From contig NC_042998.1 of assembly GCF_006345805.1 (NCBI RefSeq), positions 7,998,001 to 8,062,000 of the forward strand: a stretch of 64,000 nucleotides of DNA, in the 5' to 3' direction. The notes beneath the pieces are model-generated. The model was not told the DNA's origin. It ran no database searches and was given only the letters and a program-made list of their open reading frames with translations. The DNA is from Octopus sinensis. Its lineage: Eukaryota. Position numbers and translations under genes: made by a program. Position 1 is the first letter of the stretch; each line of letters begins with the position of its first letter. This document shows, piece after piece, positions 53,541 to 64,000 of the stretch.

Positions 53541-53564
53541 GATACACACACATAATATACAGAA

Positions 53565-55076
53565 AGTTAGTAGTAACTTTAAAAATATAATTGCATACAA
53601 CAAACAAAAACAAATAAATGAAGCCAGCTGATCCTGCAGCGTTAAACATTTGTGCCCGCTAAATGGTGCTTGTATGGCCGAGGCCATCGTTTATGAAGCT
53701 ACTGTAGACCCTACAACAACTAAGGACATAATTTCGTCAAAGAAATATGTGGGTCTCACAGGGAAATTTTAACGCCAGATTCAACGATCACACCTTAAGT
53801 TTCAGGCACTCGGATAAAAGGAAAACAACCAAATTATCCAGTTATATATAGTCCTTAAAAGAAAAACTATTAGGTCCACTGGAAGATCTTGGCCAAGTGC
53901 AAGCCTTACACTAAGGCAGTGGAAAGTGCGGTCTTTGCGATATGGAAAGATGGCTTACATGGAAAAGTTCTTTAGACCCCGCTACATGTCTAAATTCAAG
54001 AACTGAACTTTTTGGTTCATGTCCATATATGGCAAAACATTTGCTACGTTTTTGGACCCCCAAGATCACAGATAGAACCTGCTTTTTATATCATATAATG
54101 TCTACGTATAAGCCTTTTACATGTCTTAACATTCCTTATACTTTTATATATATTTATATATATTTGATTACTTTATATATTTTTCTGTATATTATGTTAC
54201 TTATACGCGTGTACTATATACCTAAAGTAATACGTGCGTGCATATATACATTGTGTACGAATGACTGTATATATATACGAGAGCAAGACTCTACCTGTTG
54301 TACTTGTCTCCTTCCTTCATACACACATACATGTATGTATATACATTATATGTCTGCACGTGTAGATGTGTTTGTCAGACAGAGAGGTGTATTTTGTGTA
54401 TATACATATATAAAACTTTTTTGGTATAATCAAGTTTTGCGGCGATGGTGAATGTTTTTACAGTTCTGGGGTTTTTTTTTGTGTATATATTTATTTGTAT
54501 TTTACGTCTATCCGCGTATGCATGTGCATGTGCGTATAGACTACGTTTTCTATATCTGCGTATGTATGTGTATGTACGAATAGAGATGTGTATATGAGCA
54601 TTTTGATGCGTGCATTTTTACGTATGCGTTTTTATTTGTATTTATGTTTTCCGCGTATGTATATGGATATGCGTATAAACCACGTTTTGTGTATCCGCAT
54701 AAGTATGTGTGCGTGTGCCTTTAGACATGTATATATGAGCGTAGTGATGCATGCATGAGTATATTTCCGCGTGTATGTGCGTGCATACGTAGACATATAT
54801 ATGTATATATATGTGTTTGTATGTATTTGTATGCGCGTGAGTATGAATATAGATGTATACATGTGTCAGTATGCGTACATGTATGTGTGTATGTATATAT
54901 ATGTGTGTATATGCGGATTCTATGAATGAAGCATTACTTTCAACATGCCTTTTGGAGTTATTTCCTTTTATTTAACGCTTTTTATCATAGCGTTTTGTCT
55001 TAATAACTGATGAGATATCGGAGCAGACTTCCTCTCCGGTATCCGAAAACTCTGAATGTTATTATGACAACCAACT
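53565..55076 (+). mobile_element. second decayed Penelope-like element (GIY-YIG domain + 3' terminus)
   Basis: NFKNIIAYN...S*SCSVKHLCPLNGACMAEAIVYEATV...KKYVGLT...KLSSYI...WKILAKC...KCGLCDME...LNSRTELFGSCP. Confidence 0.85.
54995..55070 (+). ncRNA. degenerate type I hammerhead
   Basis: stem I TTGTC-T-TAATAA/TTATTA-T-GACAA, CTGATGA at 55007, 10-bp stem II GATATCGGAG/CTCCGGTATC, GAAA at 55045; cleavage triplet looks damaged. Confidence 0.6.
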
Positions 55077-55112
55077 AGTTGTATACACCACACACACACA
55101 TATATATATATG

Positions 55113-55200
<88 letters not shown>

Positions 55201-55632
55201 TATTATATACACATATATATGTATGTATATATGAATATATATATATATATCACATAATTTGTCTATACTTCCATGACCCAAGTATTTATTTATTTAGATA
55301 ACAAACCAAAAATGGCGATAAATACGATTTTGTACTTCTTCAAGGATATAATTATAACTGGGTGGTTTACAAACTAACTTCGACGGAACATGACTCTAGA
55401 TAAACCGCTGCTACGCAAACTCCTACACAATTGTCTTCTAATATAGCTTTGAAGCAAATCACTGTTCTCTAAAATGCAACGAGAATTATTATTAGACAGT
55501 TGCTATACACAAGTTCATCGGATGAGTCTGTGCGTGCGTGAGTAATACTGTGTGAACTGAATTCCTCAATAAAAGATTGCTGGCATGATAAACCGTAGCT
55601 TCTTAAATTGAGGTTTTCAATTAAGAAGATCG

Positions 55633-55830
55633 GGATCTTTTCTTTTTGATGGACGGAATTTTCTAGTTAACTAAACAATTTGAAACTTCGTATACTGGTA
55701 GAATGTGTCAAAAGAAAACATTATTGTAAACAAAATTGAAAAGAAAATTGTAATTTGTAAGTTTAACGTAGTTTAATTCTTCGAATTTTAACCAATGAAA
55801 TCCCAGCATTTGAGCTCAACTCATTTTCTG
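55633..55830 (+). mobile_element. fragment related to the 33664 MITE
   Basis: GGATCTTTTC start and AAACTTCGTATACTGGTAGA...ACCAAT shared with 33664-33845. Confidence 0.5.
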
Positions 55831-56119
55831 CGTCTAAGTAAACAGCACACACATACACACACGCACACGTAGTACTATGTTCACGCTGGTGTTCCCGATA
55901 TGCGATCTTTGTAAGCAGAATTTAAATGCGAGCTCCTGTTTGTAACATACCTCTCAGAATATAACATTGTCCGGCCATTGTATTTTCGGAGGCATGTAGA
56001 TAATGGTACCTCGCATTTAAATCCTACGTATACTAAGTGTAATTTATTTATCACTGAACTGAGTGATACTTTTTATTGATCCTACCAGTAACGGATCAGT
56101 ATACTATATATATATATAA

Positions 56120-56324
56120 ATTTAATCCAAACAAGAAAGCACAAAAAAACACAACAACGCCAGGACGTAGAACAAATATAGTATTATTGGATGCTCAGAA
56201 AAGAAGGAAAGAAGGATGGCTCAACGTTTCGAGCGGAGCTCTTCGTCGGAAACATATGAGAAGGAAAGATCCAGAGAAGGGAAGACAGAGGAAAAAAATC
56301 GCCAACGGTACACATGCGGTCACA
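56120..56324 (-). mobile_element. hammerhead mini-element HA copy 4
   Basis: TGTGACCGCATGTGTACCGTTGGCGA start, CCGACGAAGAGCTCCGCTCGAAACGTT, 3' end at (TA)n. Confidence 0.8.
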
Positions 56325-56355
56325 AGGAGAGAGAGAGTGGGAGGTGGGAGCTAGG

Positions 56356-56427
<72 letters not shown>

Positions 56428-57243
56428 TCCATGTATAAAGTGTAAATGAATATGTATGAACATGGATAGAAGCATAAATACACACGTACATATATATCAC
56501 CGTTGCAGGTGCGACGAACAAATATACTTGGTGGTATCTTCTTGCCTCCAAGACACACTGCTTTACACCAGATCACAGATGACTTTCGCCTTTATTCCGA
56601 CCAAGGGCAATAAAATAACAGTATTAATATTTTCCAACAAGTGTCTTGAACTCAAAGCCAGAGTTTGGCCGTAGACCAATCAGTGAAAGTAGTGAAAGAA
56701 TAATACAAACTTTATTGATAAAAATAATATTTCAGCTTGACTTGTGGCAGCTGTTTATGAAAACAAATCTTAACGAAAATATTGTTAGCTGTAATTATAA
56801 TTTATTAGCGAATATTATATAAATACTGCCAGGCTTTTCGTACGCTGTTTTATTAAGTACCAGAGCATCCAGTTTCGAAAGTAATAATGTGAAAACGGGG
56901 AACATTTCTTAATAGCATATATTCTGTTACTATTTGAGAATTTACATAAATACATAGTTTAATTACTAATATACTGGTTTTTAAAATTATACACCAGGCT
57001 CATTACAACCAGACATAATTAATTTTGTGGAATGCAGGCAATTAATTTCAAAACTATTTCAAATTTATGAACACACATGTGCAAAAGCATCCACATTTAT
57101 TACAAGATATTTATGTAAAGACTTATAAAGATACCTACGTATATGCATGTGTGTGCGCGCGCGTATACATACGTATGTATGTGTGCATAAATATGTATAT
57201 ATATATATATATAATATATATATATATAGATATATGCATGCAT

Positions 57244-57321
<78 letters not shown>

Positions 57322-57531
57322 AAATAGAAAGATGAATAATCTTGTAGTAGATTAATCAACAGTTTAACCGATACCTTAGTAGCAAAAATCACAGCAGTAA
57401 ACAGCACGGTTGGAGGTACAACCATCTGGCGTTGCAACCGTGCGTTGGTGCGGATAATTGAAATTAAAACATTATTGGTGAATTGAAGAAATGGAGCTGA
57501 ACGCAGATTGAACAGAAATCGTTTTATTTCA

Positions 57532-57611
57532 TTCTACACGTGTTTCGAAAGGCACAAATTACCAAAATCCGATTGAATAATGGGACCATATTGTGTCTTT
57601 CTCTTCAGGAA
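57532..57611 (-). ncRNA. type I hammerhead ribozyme, intact core
   Basis: mirror copy of 59863-59942. Confidence 0.8.
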
Positions 57612-58219
57612 GAAAAAAGGAAATCCGTTGGAAAAACAAAAACAGAACAGAGGCGGAGCAAAAAACAAATCGAACTGTGCTCCTAAGAGCCCATGGCGAA
57701 ACTGTTTATCAGTGTATGTTGAGAACCGGTGGCTGAAGAATTCAACGGGTCAGGCATCGGTCAATCATGTGGGTGAGGGTGTATAGATGTTCTTTGTGAC
57801 CGAGAATAAAGATCTGACTATTTAAAGAATATTGGATGTTTTATAAGTGCGAGAAAAAATCTACTTAGAGACGTGTGTGTGTGTATACTGTTCTATATAT
57901 GTGTGTGTTGGCGTAGGGGTAGAAAACATTTTTTGTGTACGTGTGTGCGTTTGATCGTTCGGCTGTCAGTGGCTACTGCCGTGATAACCGTTGGGTGGCA
58001 GAAAGAAAAAAATAAAAAAATTATATATATATATTATGTTTTATGTGTGTGTGTGTTCATCTAAGCCTACCTTGTCAAGGAAACCCCCCGCTGTGAAAAA
58101 ACCAAGCCCCGTTTGTCTTACAGGAGTAATTCCCCTTGCAGTGGTCAATCGTAGATATCTTAAAGGCTATTTCAGAATTTGTTACCAAGGGCTATGGGTG
58201 CCGGTATTATTTATAAACG

Positions 58220-58943
58220 CTATTTAAAGGCCAGATAAGTGTAACGCCGCCAATGGGGGCATCGAAAAGCCGACTGTAAGAGCCCGTTTACCATCCGGCC
58301 TCTGGCAAACAAAATATGGAAGAGTTCGGAGACACAAAGGTTGCACTGTCTTCTGCCCCTATCAAATGGGAGGGCCACCGACAAAATTGACCATTCCAGC
58401 CTATAGCTTAAGTTCGCATCCTTCAGTCGCCATATTAGCTTACTGAGTCCCGTGGTCTGGCGCTTGTTCACGTCCCGAAAAGTTGCGTAATGGTTGGAGA
58501 CACGCAAAGACAATCTTGAGGATGTTGCCCCTACATAAGTGAAGGCATCTGAGTCCGTGTAAACCTTGCATTGGTAGACGGCGTTTTTGATCTTGGAGTT
58601 CGCCGACGTGAATCTTAATCTGCTAGGATTGGTTTCTGAAATTAGAACTGCGTTCCTGTCACTATATTCGTTCCGAGACCTGCAGCCGCTTACTACTCTA
58701 TTTTCCACTACGTCACTATGAACTATAGGAATAACCCCTGATTCTCCACTATCTATCAGAGTGCTGTCATTGCTACTGCCCGTGGTACTGCTATTGCGGG
58801 AAATGATGCTCGGGATGCTAATGGGGCTCTCTACCCTACTCCCATTGTTACCGTCAACCACAACACCCCTATTTATAACTATACCCCTAGTGGGTACTCC
58901 CTGGCTGGAGCTGAGATTATGTGTCACTGTACTGGCTCTGTAC
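58220..58943 (-). CDS. Penelope-like GIY-YIG endonuclease domain, 5'-truncated with an open frame
   Basis: NAVYQCKV...TYVGATS...R.SNH..TF...TGLSKLIWRLK...WSIL...CNLCVSE...CPH; sequence upstream of 58943 is captured flank. Confidence 0.85.
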
Positions 58944-59131
58944 TTCAGTTGCTTTTGGGACATCCTATAAGATATTGATTTCGTAGACGGAAACTGAAAG
59001 AAGGCTATCGTATATATCTGTATATTTGTGTGTGTGTGTGTGTGAGTGTGTGAGTGTGTGTGTGTGTTTGTACCCCCACCGTCGCTTGACAACCGATGTT
59101 GCTGTGTTTGCGTCCCCGTAACTTAGTGGTT
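58944..59131. repeat. 188-bp exact inverted copy of 60283-60470
   Basis: base-by-base reverse complement including the microsatellite and a SINE/Tc1 junction. Confidence 0.92.
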
Positions 59132-59862
59132 TGAGATTATGTGTCACTGTACTTCCATATTTTGTTTGCCAGAGGCCGGATGGTAAACGGGCTCTTACAG
59201 TCGGCTTTTCGATGCCCCCATTGGCGGCGTTACACTTATCTGGCCTTTAAATAGCGTTTATAAATAATACCGGCACCCATAGCCCTTGGTAACAAATTCT
59301 GAAATAGCCTTTAAGATATCTACGATTGACCACTGCAAGGGGAATTACTCCTGTAAGACAAACGGGGCTTGGTTTTTTCACAGCGGGGGGTTTCCTTGAC
59401 AAGGTAGGCTTAGATGAACACACACACACATAAAACATAATATATATATATAATTTTTTTATTTTTTTCTTTCTGCCACCCAACGGTTATCACGGCAGTA
59501 GCTACTGACAGCCGAACGATCAAACGCACACACGTACACAAAAATGTTTTCTACCCCTACGCCAACACACACATATATAGAACAGTATACACACACACAC
59601 GTCTCTAAGTAGATTTTTTCTCGCCACTTATAAAACATCCAATATTCTTTAAATAGTCAGATCTTTATTCTCGGTCACAAAGAACATCTATACACCCTCA
59701 CCCACATGATTGACCGATGCCTGACCCGTTGAATTCTTCAGCCACCGGTTCTCAACATACACTGATAAACAGTTTCGCCATGGGCTCTTAGGAGCACAGT
59801 TCGATTTGTTTTTTGCTCCGCCTCTGTTCTGTTTTTGTTTTTCCAACGGATTTCCTTTTTTC

Positions 59863-59942
59863 TTCCTGAAGAGAAAGACACAATATGGTCCCATTATTCA
59901 ATCGGATTTTGGTAATTTGTGCCTTTCGAAACACGTGTAGAA
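59863..59942 (+). ncRNA. type I hammerhead ribozyme, intact core
   Basis: TTC-CTGAAGA-GAAAGACACAA...TTGTGCCTTTC-GAAA-CACGTG-TA-GAA; GUA triplet, palindromic stem III. Confidence 0.8.
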
Positions 59943-60010
59943 TGAAATAAAACGATTTCTGTTCAATCTGCGTTCAGCTCCATTTCTTCAATTCACCAAT
60001 AATGTTATAT

Positions 60011-60097
<87 letters not shown>

Positions 60098-60159
60098 AAT
60101 ATATATACTAACAGAGATACCGGTGTTGCTCGGGATTAAAATGTCACAGTTTGGTTTAT

Positions 60160-60440
60160 TGTTCTATTTGTTTCAGTCATGTGATTGCGGCCATGCTAGA
60201 GCACCGCTTTTAGTCTAACAAATCGACCCCAGAAAGTATTCATTGTAAGCCTAGTACTTATTCTATCAGTGTGTTTTTACCGAACCACTAAGTTACGGGG
60301 ACGCAAACACAGCAACATCGGTTGTCAAGCGACGGTGGGGGTACAAACACACACACACACTCACACACTCACACACACACACACACAAATATACAGATAT
60401 ATACGATAGCCTTCTTTCAGTTTCCGTCTACGAAATCAAT
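60160..60440 (-). mobile_element. SINE family A, interrupted by a Tc1-like element
   Basis: TGTTTCAGTCAT...GCGGCCATGC, CTTCTTTCAGTTTCCGTCTA. Confidence 0.8.
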
Positions 60441-60446
60441 ATCTTA

Positions 60447-61510
60447 TAGGATGTCCCAAAAGCAACTGAAAGGTTTCAATTTTTAATAACTTCCTTAACT
60501 CTACAAATATATGGTTGGAACTTTGATACACTATACAATAACATAACGGAAATTAATATGCACAAGTCACACTTTGCAACACCATTACATCACATATGAA
60601 AAATTACAATGCTTAAATGGCTTAAATGGCGGCCATGTTCGGCTTAAAAAGCCCATGCCCTTTCCAAAATTTTCACCATAACACCATCAAGAGTTTCAGA
60701 CACCACTTCTCTGATTTCTCCGTTGATGTTCTCCTTTAGTTGCACCAGGGCCTCCGGTTTGTTGACGTGAGCCCTCTCTTTCAGGTATCCATGACTGAGA
60801 CCTTGTTGCGCCCGGCCATTCAAAATGGACCTCACACATGGTTCCAGCAAGATGGGGCAACTGCTCATACTGCAAGGGAAACAATGCAATTGCTACGGCA
60901 GTGCTTTGGAGAGAACAATCTCCCGCTACGGCAATGTCAGCTGGCCTTTACGTTCCCCAGCCTTGACTATCCTAGATTTTTTTGTCTTGTGGGGATTCCT
61001 GAAAGAGAGAACATCTTGCGAACACTTGAGGGTGTTATGGTGAAGTTTTGGGAAGAGCACGGGTGTACGAAGCCGAAAATGTCTGCCTTTTTCAGCTTCA
61101 CACACCTGTGCTCTTTCCAAGACTTGCACCATAACACCCTCAAGAGTTTCAGACCCCACTTCTTTGATTTCTCTATTGATGTTCTCATTCACTTCCACCA
61201 GGGTCTCCTGTTTGTTAACGTAAACCCTTTCTGGTGGAAGTGAATGAGAACATCAATAGAGAAATCAAAGAAGTGGGGTCTGAAACTCTTGAGGGTGTTA
61301 TGGTGCAAGTTTTGGGAAGAGCACGGGTGTGCGAAGCCGAAAATGACTGCCATTTAAGCGATGTCAATTTTCATATGCGATGCAGTAGTGTTGCAAAATA
61401 GGATTTGCGCCTATTAATTTCCATTATGTCCTTTATATTATAACAAGCTTTCATACATTTAAGGAAGTTATAAAATTTGAAACCCATCAGTAACATTGGG
61501 GGCGCCCTCT
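60447..61510. mobile_element. rearranged fold-back Tc1/mariner remnant (approximately DD41D-like)
   Basis: imperfect inverted ends; WFQQDGATAHTA...WPLRSPALTILDFF.LWGFLKE; the 3' end of the transposase is present in both orientations. Confidence 0.75.
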
Positions 61511-61539
61511 ACATACACACACACACACATATATATATA

Positions 61540-61576
<37 letters not shown>

Positions 61577-62041
61577 ATATATTTATATATATTTCTATAT
61601 AAATATATATATATGTGTGTGTGCGTATGGATGTGCGCATAAATACATGTGTATATATACATATATATATATGTGCGTGTGTGTGTGTGTATGTATGTAT
61701 ATAAACACATGTATTTATGCGCACATCCATACGTACACACATACATACCCGTATAATATACATAAGTTTGTTTTTGCATGCATGCATACATGTATATGTC
61801 CATAGATACACACAAAGAAAATTTATATACATACACACACACACACACACCACACACACACACACACACACACCACATATATATATATATATATATATAC
61901 ATATGTCATACATACATATGCCCACAGACACACAGAAAGAAAATATATATACATATATATGCGTATATATACATATATATATATATATGTCTACGTGTAT
62001 GTATATGAGTGCGTTTGCACAAATATGCACACATGTGCATG

Positions 62042-62129
<88 letters not shown>

Positions 62130-63169
62130 GGAAGGAGAGATTGCGTTTGTATTGCCGTAAGTATGAAGGACATTAATACGCCATAGAACAACCTGCTCAG
62201 CTGCCGAACACAGTGCTGGAAAGTTGCGGTAAAGAATTTAACTTACTGTATCGTGTTGCTCTACAATGCAAGGTTAATCTATTCCAGTAATTTTGCATCG
62301 TCTACATATGTTGATCGCTCTTATCATTTAACGCTTCAGAGAGAAAGTTTTGTTCATGAACTAATTTTTTGACATAAATGCAAGAAAAGATGCGCAAAAA
62401 AAAGCGAAAAACATAGAACACACTCAATACTGAAAAAAATAAAATAAAATAAAGGGAATAAGAAAAATAGCGCAAATGTTAAATTGGCGCTACGTAACTA
62501 CAAAACGTTCATCTAGTAACTGTACTTTGTTGAAACTGCGAACACTCGTCTCCTCTATATATATTGCCCAGTTACCATTCCGATAATGATGACACGGTAG
62601 TATTCATGATATGTTATTTTCAAGGCTGACTCTGGCATCTCTATACGGATTTGCGCTAATTTCTTCGTGAAACGAGTTTCTTTCATCTCCAATTGTAAAT
62701 TACTTGAGAGACGCTGACTACTTTTCTGATGAAGGCCATTAATAGTCTCTGTAACTAGAAGATTGCTGTTAGATGATAGAAGTTAAGCAACATCTCGTTA
62801 AGTTGGAGTGAGATAGCATATTGTTTTTTTTTTTATTACTCTTTTGGTATTATATAAATAACTAAATCATTGATCTATAAAGTTATCTAGAAAACTGATT
62901 AGGTCTGTACCAATGAGCTCAAAGCACTTAGCCAAAACATTAATGGCTTACATATAATTAATACTGGAGCATCATATCTAAGGTTAATGATAAATGGGAT
63001 GTATAACGCTTATGTATCTGCAAAGGGTCTCAGAGACACAAGAGAAGAACATTTTCTTCAACTGCTAATTTTTATTTTGAGTATGAATTTTCGTTCTGAA
63101 GCAAATGTATCTAGATTTATTTAGGTAAAAGATTCTCATTTAAGGTAAAATTAACCACCTGGGGTAATC

Positions 63170-63389
63170 GTGGACATTGTTGTAGAGCTGAAAACGAAGC
63201 AATTTCTACTCTTCTCCTCTGGAAGCCATCTACTCGCAATACCAGAGGGCACACACTCTCCTACCCTGATGTAATCTCCAGGGATACAGGCATCCAGCAA
63301 CAGGACCTCCGTAATGCTATGATGGACCGTGAAGTCTTGCGTAGCATGGTAAATTCCATTGTTTCGACCACAGTCGAACAATGATGATT
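63170..63389 (+). mobile_element. short 3' fragment of the RTE at 9456
   Basis: near-identical to 10000-10220, ends CAATGATGAT. Confidence 0.9.
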
Positions 63390-63724
63390 ACTCGTTAGCA
63401 GATAAATGTATCATGTTTGAAAATTCTTTTCAAATAAAATCATAGGAAACATGTGTTCAGATTCGTATGCTGAAGTAAAGAGAATAGCAGATGCAGAGAA
63501 TCTACAAGAATTACCGGGAAGTTGATGCAACTTTGTGACTCAGAGAGAGTTAGATATACCCGGAAAAGAATCAATAATCAATACATGATTTTAAAAACAT
63601 TTGCCATCACATAAAACAATTCGGTGAAATACCATAAGAAATTTGTCGACACATTATTGACCTGATCAAATCACTGTAACTTAGTGAATTATGCGATATT
63701 GTTAATATTTCACAACTGCTTACA

Positions 63725-63920
63725 GCGGCGAGCTGGCAGAATCGTTAGCACGCCGGACGAAATGCTTAGCGGCATTTCGTCCGGCTTTACTTTCTATGTT
63801 AAAATTTCGCAAAGATTGACTTTGCTTTTCAGCCTTGTGAGGTCTATAAAAGAAACACCAGTTGATGCAATCGACTTACTCATTATCCCCCAAATTGCCG
63901 GCCTTGTGCCAATATTTGAA
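63725..63920 (+). mobile_element. SINE family M, tail B, diverged
   Basis: GCGGCGAGCTGGCAGAATCGTTAGCACGCCGG head and GGCCTTGTGCC tail. Confidence 0.75.
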
Positions 63921-64000
63921 GCCATTTTTCACAACCGCTCGTCTTTGTCCGGTACTGATGAGAAAAAAAAATTGGAAGGTGAACTTCCTTCCTGCGGAAA

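Larger units (their letters stand above)
57319..60006 (-). mobile_element. young 5'-truncated Penelope-like element with inverted 855-bp pseudo-LTR arms, in (TA)n
   Basis: arms 57468-58322 and 59152-60006 near-identical reverse complements; one-sided tail 57319-57467; GIY-YIG ORF between; (TA)n on both flanks. Confidence 0.92.

Noticed and set aside
54060-54960. SECIS element downstream of the TGA-containing GIY-YIG
   Set aside because: ATGA...AA...GA candidates lack a convincing helix by eye.
57580-57786. Duplicated 68-aa and 78-aa ORFs on opposite strands (also 59247-59894)
   Set aside because: By-products of the inverted pseudo-LTR arms, antisense to the element.

Overview
AT-rich, microsatellite-dense animal DNA, inferred from its SINE families to be octopus-like cephalopod. 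No host gene or exon can be supported; almost all of the short ORFs are microsatellite or SINE artefacts. The window is mostly nested mobile elements: three tRNA-headed SINE groups, a full-length but disrupted Tx1/L1-clade LINE, two ORF1-only half-LINEs, RTE fragments, three Penelope-like elements with a C-terminal GIY-YIG domain, Tc1/mariner remnants, non-autonomous Helitrons and a MITE. Two systems stand out. (1) The Tx1-like LINE, the half-LINEs and a Meta-domain SINE share one 3' tail. The LINE and SINE repeatedly insert at GGTATTT, a site inside the SINE's own head, which builds single-head tandem SINE arrays. (2) A set of minimal hammerhead ribozymes lies in Penelope-type termini in (TA)n tracts, including a ~200-bp fixed-end mini-element in four copies and a natural G3-C8 compensatory core variant. 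One Penelope insertion also carries an exact 188-bp inverted copy of nearby flanking DNA. All family assignments come from motif recognition by eye; no database search was run.
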